Shown here one piece after another: positions 8,559 to 17,458 of a stretch of DNA of 51,314 nt; the first letter of the stretch is position 1; every line of letters starts with the position of its first letter. A model generated the notes under the pieces. The model did not search any database. It saw only the letters and a list, made by a program, of their open reading frames with translations, and was not told the DNA's origin. The position numbers and the translations under genes were made by a program. The stretch comes from Clostridia bacterium (GTDB lineage Bacteria; Bacillota; Peptococcia; DRI-13; DTU073). The stretch is taken from contig JAQVYD010000001.1 in the NCBI GenBank assembly GCA_028709105.1, positions 1 through 51,314 on the forward strand. Reading direction: 5' to 3'.

Positions 8559-10475
8559 TTAACCTCTAAAAAGAAAAATTCTTGGCTTTTTAGATTTTTT
8601 CCCTTGCAGAGAAAAATGCTCCATAATCCTTTCCGCCATTATTTCAGGCATTAGCCCTACTTTCTCGCGCAGAAGATTTTGCGAACCATGTGTCACAAAT
8701 TGATCGGGAAGACCTAACATAAGAAAATTATTAAGCTCAATCCTCTTTTGGCAAAGAAATTCTAAGATCCCACTGCCAAATCCCCCGGCAATAGCATTTT
8801 CCTCCATCGTTACAATATATTTATGTTGTGGCACTTTCTCCAGAAGAAGTGCTTGATCTAAAGGTTTTACAAAGCGAGTATTAACAACAGTGCATGATAG
8901 GTCTTCTTTCAGTAAAATTTCCCTTGTTTTTAAAGCAGGATAAACCATTGAACCTATCGCCAAAATTAAGATATCCACCCCTTTTGTCAGCACCTCGGCT
9001 TTTCCCCAAGGAATCTGCTGATAAGCATCAGTTAAAGGCACTCCTATCGCTTTACCGCGCGGATAACGTATCGCTGCCGGACCGTCATGAAACAGCGTTG
9101 TATACAACATCTGGCGAAGTTCTGCTTCATCAGCAGGCGCCAAAATTGCCATCCCGGGGAGATGCCGTAAATAAGAAAAGTCAAAAACACCATGATGTGT
9201 CGGTCCATCTTCTCCTACTAAACCAGCTCGATCAATAGCTAAAGTAACCGGGACATTTTGCAAACAAACATCGTGAGAAATCTGATCATAAGCTCTCTGC
9301 AAAAAAGTCGAATAAATAGCCACGATAGGACGAAGTCCTTTTATGGCCATCGCCGCTGCCATCGTTACTGCATTCTGTTCACAAATTCCCACATCAATGA
9401 ATCTTTGCGGATATTTTTCCGCAAATTTATTTAATCCTGTTCCTTCAGGCATGGCCGCGGTAATCGCCACAATGCGTTGATCTTGCGCCGCTAAATCAAT
9501 CACTGTATCAGCAAAAACCTTAGTGTACGTAGGAGGTCCGGGGCTAGTAATAATTTTCCCCGTGCTTAAGTCAAAACTACCTACACCATGAAAAACAGCG
9601 GGATTCTGCATAGCAGGTTCATAGCCTTTACCTTTTTTTGTCAAAACATGAAGCAATACGGGTCCCTTTAATTCTTTGGCTTTTTTCAAAACAATAATCA
9701 AGTTTTGCAGATTATGTCCATCAATGGGACCTAAATAAGTAAAACCTAGTTCTTCAAAAAGTATTCCCGGCACTAACAAGTATTTCAAACTATCCTTAAT
9801 TCTCTCTGCCGCTTTAGCCACTGAGGAGCCAATGGCAGGAACCTTATGCAATAAATATTCAATATCTTTTTTTCTTTTTGTATACAAAGGATCTGAACGC
9901 AAACGGCTCAGATATGAAGACATGGCCCCTACGTTTTCGGCGATAGACATTTCATTATCATTTAAAACTACTAAAATATCCGCTTTTAAATGACCTGCTT
10001 GATTGAGAGCTTCATAAGCTTCCCCGCCGGTCATCGCCCCATCCCCAATTACGGCGATGGCCTTATAATCCTCCCCCAGTTTTTCCCGAGCTAAAGCAAA
10101 CCCTAAAGCAGCAGAAATTGAAGTACTACTATGTCCGGTGTTAAAAGCATCATGAATACTTTCCTCTCTTTTAGGAAAACCGGATAAACCACCCTCCTGC
10201 CTTAAACTAGCAAACATATTTTTTCGTTCTGTCAATATTTTATGAACATAAGACTGATGTCCTACATCCCAAACTAAGCGATCTTTAGTCGTATCAAAAA
10301 TATAATGCAAAGCTAGAGTTAATTCAACAACACCTAAATTAGCTGCTAAATGCCCTCCTGTATGCGCTACTGTCTGTAAGAGAAAATTCCGAACTTCTTC
10401 TGCCAAGACAGTTAAATCATCGAGAGAAAGTTCTTTCAAGTCTTGTGGACAATTAATTTGTTGTAAAAATTCCAT
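8559..10475 (-). CDS. dxs: 1-deoxy-D-xylulose-5-phosphate synthase
   Basis: 638 aa with TGGHLAANLG, the TPP-binding motif GDGAMTGGEAYEA and a transketolase-like C-terminus. Confidence 0.95.
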   Translation of the reverse strand: MEFLQQINCPQDLKELSLDDLTVLAEEVRNFLLQTVAHTGGHLAANLGVVELTLALHYIFDTTKDRLVWDVGHQSYVHKILTERKNMFASLRQEGGLSGFPKREESIHDAFNTGHSSTSISAALGFALAREKLGEDYKAIAVIGDGAMTGGEAYEALNQAGHLKADILVVLNDNEMSIAENVGAMSSYLSRLRSDPLYTKRKKDIEYLLHKVPAIGSSVAKAAERIKDSLKYLLVPGILFEELGFTYLGPIDGHNLQNLIIVLKKAKELKGPVLLHVLTKKGKGYEPAMQNPAVFHGVGSFDLSTGKIITSPGPPTYTKVFADTVIDLAAQDQRIVAITAAMPEGTGLNKFAEKYPQRFIDVGICEQNAVTMAAAMAIKGLRPIVAIYSTFLQRAYDQISHDVCLQNVPVTLAIDRAGLVGEDGPTHHGVFDFSYLRHLPGMAILAPADEAELRQMLYTTLFHDGPAAIRYPRGKAIGVPLTDAYQQIPWGKAEVLTKGVDILILAIGSMVYPALKTREILLKEDLSCTVVNTRFVKPLDQALLLEKVPQHKYIVTMEENAIAGGFGSGILEFLCQKRIELNNFLMLGLPDQFVTHGSQNLLREKVGLMPEIMAERIMEHFSLQGKKSKKPRIFLFRG

Positions 10476-10507
10476 TTTAAATACCTCTTTAAAGTTAAAG
10501 ATACTGA

Positions 10508-11398
10508 CTAAAATTCTCTTTCCGGCAAATAGCGAAGAAGAAGCTCTAAAGGCTCTGTCTTACCAGGTAGTTTAGTCAAACTCCTTGCTGCTTCCTCAAT
10601 AGCCTCTCGGACAAAACGCTTAGCTTCTGCCAAGCCATAAAGTGTCGGATAGGTAAGCTTCTTATTTTTAGTATCACTACCTACTGGTTTGCCCAACTTT
10701 TTCTGGTTACCCACAAGATCAAGGAGGTCATCGGTTATCTGAAAGGCTAACCCGAATTTTTCGGCATAAAGTGTTAAGCAAGCTAATTCTTCCGCACTTG
10801 CTCCGGCTAAAAGTGCACCAGCCCGCAAAGAAGCACGAAAAAGAGCGCCTGTTTTATGTGTATGGATATAAACAAGAAGCTCCTTATCCACGAGATTCCT
10901 GCCCTCTGACTCTAAATCAACCACCTGACCACCAATCATCCCTGCGGTTCCCGCAGCAGTGGCAATTTCTTGTAAAACCTGCCAGACTGCTTTCTTCTCT
11001 TGGTGTTTTTCTCCATAACGAGCTAATATTTCAAAAGCATAAGTTAAAAGAGCATCTCCGGTTAATACCGCGATCCCCTCACCAAAAACCTTATGGTTCG
11101 TTAATTTTCCCCGACGGTAGTCATCATCATCCATCACCGGTAGATCATCATGGATTAAAGAATAAGTATGAATCATTTCTAAGGCACAAGCTACAGGAAG
11201 CAAGGGCTGATAGTCCCTTCCTAAAGCTTCTGCCGCAGCTAGACAAAGAATGGGTCTTAATCGCTTGCCTCCCGCAAAAACACTATAATGCATAGCCTCA
11301 TGAATCTTCGGCGGATAAAGGTCCTGAGCAGGCATAATTTCACGGAGAGCTTGATCTACGATAACCGCTCTTTCTTGTAAATACTGCTTTAATTCCAT
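10508..11398 (-). CDS. ispA: Farnesyl/geranyl diphosphate synthase
   Basis: First and second Asp-rich motifs (DDLPVMDDDDYRRG, ITDDLLD). The ATG at 11396-11398 lies 1 nt after the xseB stop with an upstream GGAG. Confidence 0.9.
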   Translation of the reverse strand: MELKQYLQERAVIVDQALREIMPAQDLYPPKIHEAMHYSVFAGGKRLRPILCLAAAEALGRDYQPLLPVACALEMIHTYSLIHDDLPVMDDDDYRRGKLTNHKVFGEGIAVLTGDALLTYAFEILARYGEKHQEKKAVWQVLQEIATAAGTAGMIGGQVVDLESEGRNLVDKELLVYIHTHKTGALFRASLRAGALLAGASAEELACLTLYAEKFGLAFQITDDLLDLVGNQKKLGKPVGSDTKNKKLTYPTLYGLAEAKRFVREAIEEAARSLTKLPGKTEPLELLLRYLPEREF

Positions 11399-11399
11399 A

Positions 11400-11633
11400 C
11401 TAGTCAGCTCCATTTTCTTCTTTTAAATCGGCTAAATCTACTAACTCACCTGCTTGTAATACCTGCACTCTTTGCGCGGCACGCTCCAGATGACCTTGGC
11501 ATTTTTTTACTAAAGCAATTCCTTCTTCAAAACTTGCCAAGCCTTCTTCCAAAGTTATTTCACCTTTTTCTAAATGAGCAATTATTTCCTCCAACCGCTT
11601 TATACTTACTTCATAATTATCGCCCTTCCGCAT
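11400..11633 (-). CDS. xseB: Exodeoxyribonuclease VII small subunit
   Basis: 77-aa helical protein (LEEIIAHLEKGEITLEEGLASFEEG). The ATG at 11631-11633 lies 7 nt after GGAGGAG. The track's 43-codon N-terminal extension lies inside xseA. Confidence 0.9.
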   Translation of the reverse strand: MRKGDNYEVSIKRLEEIIAHLEKGEITLEEGLASFEEGIALVKKCQGHLERAAQRVQVLQAGELVDLADLKEENGAD

Positions 11634-12840
11634 GGGCTTTCTCCTCCTTTTCCAGAACCTCACACCGTAAACATCCGGAATATAATTGTACCTCAATTTT
11701 TTCTTGCAGAGCGACCTTTTGAACGTCTGTAAGGATAACCCCTTTTTCATTCTTACAAACACTATAACCTCTGGCTAAAGTAGCTAAAGGACTAAGCGAT
11801 TGTAATTTACCCGCAATTAAAGATAGTTTTTGCTGATAAGTATTGAGTAAATTCTCACTACATGTATGCAATCGTTCTTCATCTTTACTTAATTCTTCTT
11901 TATATTTATCTAACCATCGCTCAGGCCGTTTTAAAATACTCATTTCCGCTAAGTAGGATACCCTCATTTTTTCCTTATCCAAGCGAGTATTGAGTAAATG
12001 AAAGAGCCTCTCTTTTTGTTTAGACAATATCTGCTCAAGCTCAGCCTTTACCGGGACAACCAATTCTCCGGCCATAGAAGGGGTCGCTGCCCGCACATCA
12101 GCTACCAAATCAGTAACCGTATAATCAATTTCGTGACCAATTGCTGAAACTACAGGCTTAACAGAATTGAAAACAGCCTCGGCGACCAATTCAGAATTAA
12201 AAACATGTAAATCTTCGGCAGAACCGCCGCCTCTAGCGACAATGATTACCTCAAGGTCATCACGGTAATTAAGGGTTTTAATTCCCTCGGCCACCGTTTC
12301 AGCAGCTTTTTCCCCTTGCACAAGAGTCGGATAAAGAATAACCGGCATACCCGGATAACGTCTCCTGACCACTCTACTAATATCCCTAATGGCCGCACCT
12401 ACAGAAGAACTAACTACACCTATGCCTATCGGCAAAAGGGGAAGCGGCTTTTTTCGTTCTTGGGTAAAATAACCTTTTTTTTGCAGTTTTTCTTTTAATT
12501 CGGCTAAAGCAATACTCTGTAAACCTAGCCCCGCCGGTATAATTTCTTCTACATAAAACTGTAAAGATGTTTCTTTGGGATACAGAGAAATATAACCCCG
12601 TACTAAACAATCTAAACCATCCCTGGGCTTGAAATTTAATTTTGAGGCTCGGCTCTTAAACATTACGGCACGCACAGCACTTTGCTGATCTTTAAGTGAA
12701 AAATAAAGATGTCCTGAACTATGATGTTTAAAATTCGTCATCTCGCCTCTTACCCACAGACCAGATAAAACGGGGTGATTATCCATTATTCCTTTGAGCA
12801 ATAAACTTAATTCACTAATGGAGTATATCTTCTTGTTCAT
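11617..12840 (-). CDS. xseA: Exodeoxyribonuclease VII large subunit
   Basis: OB-fold N-terminus (VRGEMTNFKHHSSGHLYFSLKD) and catalytic region (RGGGSAEDL). The ATG at 12838-12840 lies 6 nt after GGAGG. Confidence 0.9.
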   Translation of the reverse strand: MNKKIYSISELSLLLKGIMDNHPVLSGLWVRGEMTNFKHHSSGHLYFSLKDQQSAVRAVMFKSRASKLNFKPRDGLDCLVRGYISLYPKETSLQFYVEEIIPAGLGLQSIALAELKEKLQKKGYFTQERKKPLPLLPIGIGVVSSSVGAAIRDISRVVRRRYPGMPVILYPTLVQGEKAAETVAEGIKTLNYRDDLEVIIVARGGGSAEDLHVFNSELVAEAVFNSVKPVVSAIGHEIDYTVTDLVADVRAATPSMAGELVVPVKAELEQILSKQKERLFHLLNTRLDKEKMRVSYLAEMSILKRPERWLDKYKEELSKDEERLHTCSENLLNTYQQKLSLIAGKLQSLSPLATLARGYSVCKNEKGVILTDVQKVALQEKIEVQLYSGCLRCEVLEKEEKAHAEGR

Positions 12841-13675
12841 AAGCTGCCTCCAAAGTATTTTCAAGAAGCATTGTAATCGTCAGCGGTCCTACACCACCGG
12901 GGACCGGCGTAATCCACCCGGCAATCTCCGCTGCAGAAGAAAAATCAACATCTCCCGTTAATTTCCCCGTAGGAAGGCGATTCATCCCCACATCGAGAAC
13001 TAATGCTCCCGATTTGATCATTTCCCCAGTGATCAGACCAGGTTTTCCTACTGCTACTACCAGTATATCCGCACTACGAGTTATTTCAACCAGATCCTGG
13101 GTATAGGAATGACAAGCAGTTACGGTAGCGTTTTCCCTTAAAAGCAAAACTGCCATAGGCTTTCCCACTAAATTACTACGACCGATGACCACAGCTTTTT
13201 TCCCTGATACTGCACAACCTGTACTTTGAATAAGTTTCAAACAGCCATAGGGCGTACAAGGGATTAAAGCAGGATTGCCCGCCAGAAGTTTCCCCATATT
13301 CACAGGATGCAAGCCATCAACATCTTTTGCCGGATTAATTGCTTCAATAATCACCTCAGCACTAAGGTGCTGAGGCAAAGGAAGCTGCACCAAAATACCA
13401 TGAATATCTCTACGTTTATTTAACTTTTCCATTAAGGTTAATAATACTTTTTCTTGTATCGTAGAAGGTAATTTAATAACCTCAGACTTAATTCCACATT
13501 CTTGACAAGCTTGAGCTTTATTCTTTACATAAATCTGAGAAGCCGGGTCTTCTCCTACCAAAACTACAGCTAAACCGGGAACAATACCTTTTGCCTTAAA
13601 AAAGTCTACTCTTTTTTTAATTTTCGTACGTAAAGTTTTAGCAATAACCTTACCCTCAATAATTTGTGCAGGCAT
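12815..13675 (-). CDS. folD: Bifunctional methylenetetrahydrofolate dehydrogenase/cyclohydrolase
   Basis: Motifs YVKNK, GRSNLVGKP and PVPGGVGPLT. 286 aa. Confidence 0.95.
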   Translation of the reverse strand: MPAQIIEGKVIAKTLRTKIKKRVDFFKAKGIVPGLAVVLVGEDPASQIYVKNKAQACQECGIKSEVIKLPSTIQEKVLLTLMEKLNKRRDIHGILVQLPLPQHLSAEVIIEAINPAKDVDGLHPVNMGKLLAGNPALIPCTPYGCLKLIQSTGCAVSGKKAVVIGRSNLVGKPMAVLLLRENATVTACHSYTQDLVEITRSADILVVAVGKPGLITGEMIKSGALVLDVGMNRLPTGKLTGDVDFSSAAEIAGWITPVPGGVGPLTITMLLENTLEAAYEQEDILH

Positions 13676-13796
13676 TTTCTCACAATACCTCCATCTCTTA
13701 TCTAGAGTTTACTTCCCTCTGCTTCAGAAATAATACTTCTGGCAATCAAACTAACACCTACAGCATGATCACCATTAAATTCGGATTTTGTAGATG

Positions 13797-13826
13797 ATAA
13801 AAAAGGGCTGTTGATTGTCTCAGCCC
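13797..13826 (-). terminator. Rho-independent terminator downstream of nusB
   Basis: On the minus strand, GGGCUG-(10 nt)-CAGCCC is followed by UUUUUU (13799-13804). Confidence 0.7.
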
Positions 13827-13832
13827 CCAACA

Positions 13833-14273
13833 CTAACTTTCTTCTAATTCTTGCGCTCTTAAATTTTTTAGCTTAGGTAAATCTTCAATTACTTTACCAA
13901 GAACCCCGTTAATAAAACGCGGAGCATCTTGTTCACTATAAATCTTAGCAATCTCTAAGGCCTCATTAATAACTACAGCAACGGGAGTATTCTCTGAAAA
14001 AATTAATTCAAACAAGGCCATACGCAGTATATTTCTATCTACAAAAGCCATTCTCTCTAAATCCCATTCAAGGGCATACTTTTTGATTATTTTATCCAAA
14101 AAAAACTGGTTGGTAATCACACTTTGCACCAGATAACTGCCAAAATTTCTAGCTCCAACGGAAAGAGAGGCTTCCTCACAAAGCTGAATGATCATTTCAT
14201 CAGACTCATCATTACCTAAATCACGTGCAAATAATGTTTTCATGGCTACTTCACGAGCTAAACGTCTGGTCAA
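13833..14273 (-). CDS. nusB: Transcription antitermination factor NusB
   Basis: 146 aa with RRLAREVAMKTLF at the N-terminus and a NusB-type helical core. TTG start 7 nt after AAAGGAGG. Confidence 0.9.
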   Translation of the reverse strand: MTRRLAREVAMKTLFARDLGNDESDEMIIQLCEEASLSVGARNFGSYLVQSVITNQFFLDKIIKKYALEWDLERMAFVDRNILRMALFELIFSENTPVAVVINEALEIAKIYSEQDAPRFINGVLGKVIEDLPKLKNLRAQELEES

Positions 14274-14306
14274 AAAGGAGCCTCCTTTTTACTGCATAAT
14301 CTTGCT

Positions 14307-14522
14307 TTATCTATCTTTTAGTATTCGATCTATAACCGCTCTTAAACTTTCATTATCATCAGTACGTTTGCCAATAATAAAACCGATATACAAACAAAGG
14401 ATAATAAAAAATGTACGCCAAAAACCATAAGTGATTACTAAATAGGCAAAGATAAAACCAACTAAAAGTCCAATAATCTTACCACGATGTCTAAGCAATT
14501 CCAGTAAGATATTTTCCCACAT
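14307..14522 (-). CDS. Small integral membrane protein (DUF2273-like) of the Asp23 module
   Basis: 71 aa with two hydrophobic helices. It holds the same position as the DUF2273 gene in staphylococcal asp23 operons. Confidence 0.6.
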   Translation of the reverse strand: MWENILLELLRHRGKIIGLLVGFIFAYLVITYGFWRTFFIILCLYIGFIIGKRTDDNESLRAVIDRILKDR

Positions 14523-14534
14523 TGTCTTTGCCTC

Positions 14535-15083
14535 CTATTCTACCCGATTAGTTTTAGGATCTATGTTTATTTCCGTTACTTGAATTTTAATTTCCTGTAA
14601 GCTTGTCCCGGAAGTTTCTAAAAGATATTCCTTAATCACATGTTGTAATTCCGCCGTAATCTGCGGAATATTAACATCAGCATTTACCTTAATTTTAAGC
14701 AATACAGATATGTTCTTTTCGGTCAATTTAAGAACTGGTTTGACCTCTTGAATTACCGGAATTTTTTTTACAGCTTTGAGAACAAGTTGTTCAAGTGCGG
14801 ACAAGGTTATATCTATTTGACCTAAGGCAGTGTTATGAATAGTCGTAAGTTTAATAGGTTTAATTTTAAAACTGTTAAAAAATAAAGTAAAAGTCAAAAC
14901 AAATACCAAAAAAGAAGTTAAACCCAAAATCCACCTATTATTAAAATCCATAAGGAAAAAACTAAAAGAATCTAGAGGTACAAACCAACCTAAAGCAATC
15001 AGTATAAAGAGAATTGAAATAAAGACATAGCCTAAGGAAAGAAGGCCCATAGCTAGTCTTCCTTTACAACTACTCATCTTCAT
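14535..15083 (-). CDS. amaP: Alkaline shock response membrane anchor protein (AmaP-like)
   Basis: 182 aa with N-terminal TM helices and a soluble C-terminal domain. It lies immediately downstream of asp23. Confidence 0.6.
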   Translation of the reverse strand: MKMSSCKGRLAMGLLSLGYVFISILFILIALGWFVPLDSFSFFLMDFNNRWILGLTSFLVFVLTFTLFFNSFKIKPIKLTTIHNTALGQIDITLSALEQLVLKAVKKIPVIQEVKPVLKLTEKNISVLLKIKVNADVNIPQITAELQHVIKEYLLETSGTSLQEIKIQVTEINIDPKTNRVE

Positions 15084-15112
15084 CCTCCTTAATCATCACG
15101 GGAATACAAACA

Positions 15113-15514
15113 CTATTTAGCTTTGTATTGCTCATCTTCTTTGCCCTCACTAGGAAAGGAAACTCCTTGAATATGGATATTGACTTCTATCACCGCTAAC
15201 CCTGTCATACTCTCAATGGCCTTTTTAATGTTACGTTGAATTTCATGAGCCACTTCGGGTATTCTCACCCCAAATTCCACAATTACATAGACATCAACGG
15301 CCGCTTCTTTATCGCCAACTTCAACTTTAACTCCTTTAGAGGGGCTTTTCTTACCAACAAACTCCGCAATTCCGCCCACAATACCCCCACTCATGCCGGC
15401 AACGCCTTTTACTTCAGCGGCAGCAAGACCGGCAATAATCGCCACAACCTCATCAGAAATCTTCACCGTACCTTCTTCTGTAAGAATAGTTTTTTCCGAA
15501 ACTTCCTTTTCCAT
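15113..15514 (-). CDS. asp23: Asp23/Gls24 family alkaline shock protein
   Basis: Typical N-terminus GTVKISDEVVAIIAGLAAAEVKGVAGM and VNIHIQGV near the C-terminus. Confidence 0.85.
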   Translation of the reverse strand: MEKEVSEKTILTEEGTVKISDEVVAIIAGLAAAEVKGVAGMSGGIVGGIAEFVGKKSPSKGVKVEVGDKEAAVDVYVIVEFGVRIPEVAHEIQRNIKKAIESMTGLAVIEVNIHIQGVSFPSEGKEDEQYKAK

Positions 15515-15544
15515 AAATATTATCCCTCCTCTTTTACATTGTAT

Positions 15545-15573
15545 ATTATAACAGAACCACTACTAATTAACAA
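15545..15573 (-). promoter_or_regulatory. Strong sigma-A promoter for the asp23 module (TTGTTA-17 nt-TGtTATAAT)
   Basis: On the minus strand, -35 at 15568-15573, perfect -10 at 15545-15550 and an extended TG. It lies about 30 nt upstream of the asp23 ATG. Confidence 0.6.
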
Positions 15574-15603
15574 ACATTGGTTTTTCTATATATTACAATT
15601 TTA

Positions 15604-16566
15604 TTAAGAGGAAACAGAAATATCACCTAGATTTAAGTTAACCTTTTTTAAAATCTGGCGCGCACTTTCTAGGTCATGACCTATTTGTACCTGTAATTCT
15701 TCTTTATTTTTAAACTTTTGTTCTGATCTTATTTTTTGCAGCAAAGATATTTTCAGATTTTCTTGATAAATATTTTTCTTAAAATCAAAAAGATAGACCT
15801 CTACAGTTACTTTTTTACTATTGAAAGTTGGTTTTACGCCAATATTAACAAGAGAGGACCAAAAAAGGCCATCATATTTAGTATAAGCTGCATAGACACC
15901 AAAAGAAGGAAGTGCCTGTAGAGAGGAGACCGCAATATTGGCTGTGGGAAACCCCATCTCCCGACCACGATGTTCTCCGGAAACTACCGGTCCTTCGATA
16001 GTAGGATAATAGCCTAACAATTTGGCAGTTCCGGGCATATCTCCCGCTTCATACTTTTGTCTGATTAAAGAACTGCTTACTAGCTGACCATCTATGGTCA
16101 CCGGTTCAATAATTGATACCGCAAATCCTTTTTGCTCTCCTAAAGTTTTTAACAATTCCGGCGTACCACTACCTTTTCGACCAAACGAATAATTAAAACC
16201 AATAAAAACTTTTTTCACTTGAAACAGATTAACTAAATATTCCTGTACGAACTCAAGAGGAGTAAAAGCAGCAGTTTGATAACTAAAAGGAAGAGAAAAA
16301 AGATATTGTATGCCCAAAGATTTGATTACTTTATATTTTTGCTCCAATGTATGCAGATATTTTATTTCTTGATTATTTTGAAGTACCTGAGCAGGATGGG
16401 GATGCCATAATAAAACGGAAGGAAACCAAGCCTTATGACAGCTTTCCTCAACACAATTATGCAAAAGGACTTGATGTCCCTTATGTACACCATCAAAATT
16501 ACCCAAAGCTATCGCTAGGGGAAGATTAAGTTTTTTAATTTCATTAAGCTTGCTGATAATTTGCAC
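15604..16566 (-). CDS. ribF: Bifunctional riboflavin kinase / FAD synthetase
   Basis: GNFDGVHKGH nucleotidyltransferase motif and riboflavin-kinase GFPTANI. 320 aa. Confidence 0.9.
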   Translation of the reverse strand: MQIISKLNEIKKLNLPLAIALGNFDGVHKGHQVLLHNCVEESCHKAWFPSVLLWHPHPAQVLQNNQEIKYLHTLEQKYKVIKSLGIQYLFSLPFSYQTAAFTPLEFVQEYLVNLFQVKKVFIGFNYSFGRKGSGTPELLKTLGEQKGFAVSIIEPVTIDGQLVSSSLIRQKYEAGDMPGTAKLLGYYPTIEGPVVSGEHRGREMGFPTANIAVSSLQALPSFGVYAAYTKYDGLFWSSLVNIGVKPTFNSKKVTVEVYLFDFKKNIYQENLKISLLQKIRSEQKFKNKEELQVQIGHDLESARQILKKVNLNLGDISVSS

Positions 16567-16573
16567 GGTGCTA

Positions 16574-17458
16574 CTACTCCCTTTTAAAAACCTTTTTTGG
16601 TTTTAAAATAATTTTATTATTTACAGTAAGAAAAACAGCAATCGCTTCCAGCTTTCCCTCTTCATTAAAAACAGCAACATCTTTTAGCAGAGGAGCTGTC
16701 TCTGGTAAAGCAAGCGTTTGTCCCTGCTTTATTTTCTTCAGTTCTTCTTCTGATAAAACTATTTGGGGTAATCCTTCCACACAAACCTCCAAAGGAAGCA
16801 ACGCTTTTTCTTTTAGAATGCTAATTTCCTCTAGGGTATTACTCTCCTTAAGAGTAAAATCACCTACCTTCGTTCTAAGCAAAAAAGACATATGACCTCC
16901 TACACCTAAAGCTTCACCTAAGTCATGACAAATAGTTCTGACGTAGGTTCCTTTAGAACAATTAACCATAAAGGTTAAGCGCGGAGGTTCATACTTAATT
17001 ATCTCTATTTTATAAACAACGACTTGACGGGAAAAAGGCTTTGTCTTCATGCCTAAACGAGTTCGTTTATACAGCGGGATCCCTTCTACTTTCACCGCTG
17101 AATAAGCCGGAACTGTTTGCGTAATTACACCTGTAAATTGTGGAATTTTACTCTCGATTTCTTCCCGAGAAAGGTGACTATAATCACTAGTCTGCAAAAC
17201 TTCTCCCCAGGCATCCTGAGTTACTGTGGTAATTCCCAGTGTCATCTCACAAAGATATTCTTTATCTTGCTGCATTAAAAACTCGACAAGACGTGTGGCC
17301 TGTCCTAGACAAAGCGGTAAAACACCGGTGGCTTGAGGATCTAAAGTTCCGGCATGACCAATCTTTTTTATTTTCAAGGCACGGCGTAAAAAAGAAACAA
17401 CATCATGTGAAGTCATGCCCGGTGGTTTTAAAACATTAAGCACGCCGTCCACAAGCAT
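16574..17458 (-). CDS. truB: tRNA pseudouridine(55) synthase
   Basis: LKPPGMTSHDVV and the catalytic GHAGTLDP, with a PUA-like C-terminus. ATG at 17456-17458. Overlaps the nrnA 3' end. Confidence 0.9.
   Translation of the reverse strand: MLVDGVLNVLKPPGMTSHDVVSFLRRALKIKKIGHAGTLDPQATGVLPLCLGQATRLVEFLMQQDKEYLCEMTLGITTVTQDAWGEVLQTSDYSHLSREEIESKIPQFTGVITQTVPAYSAVKVEGIPLYKRTRLGMKTKPFSRQVVVYKIEIIKYEPPRLTFMVNCSKGTYVRTICHDLGEALGVGGHMSFLLRTKVGDFTLKESNTLEEISILKEKALLPLEVCVEGLPQIVLSEEELKKIKQGQTLALPETAPLLKDVAVFNEEGKLEAIAVFLTVNNKIILKPKKVFKRE

Noticed and set aside
10771-11295. A 174-aa plus-strand ORF antisense to ispA. Similar long antisense ORFs occur at 8894-9238 (dxs), 15236-15607 (asp23), 21851-22165 (nusA) and 29366-29938 (dxr/permease).
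   Set aside because: Each lies entirely opposite a confidently identified, motif-bearing gene. They have no SD, and their translations are low-complexity (S/P/L-rich), as is typical of shadow frames. I treat them as non-coding.
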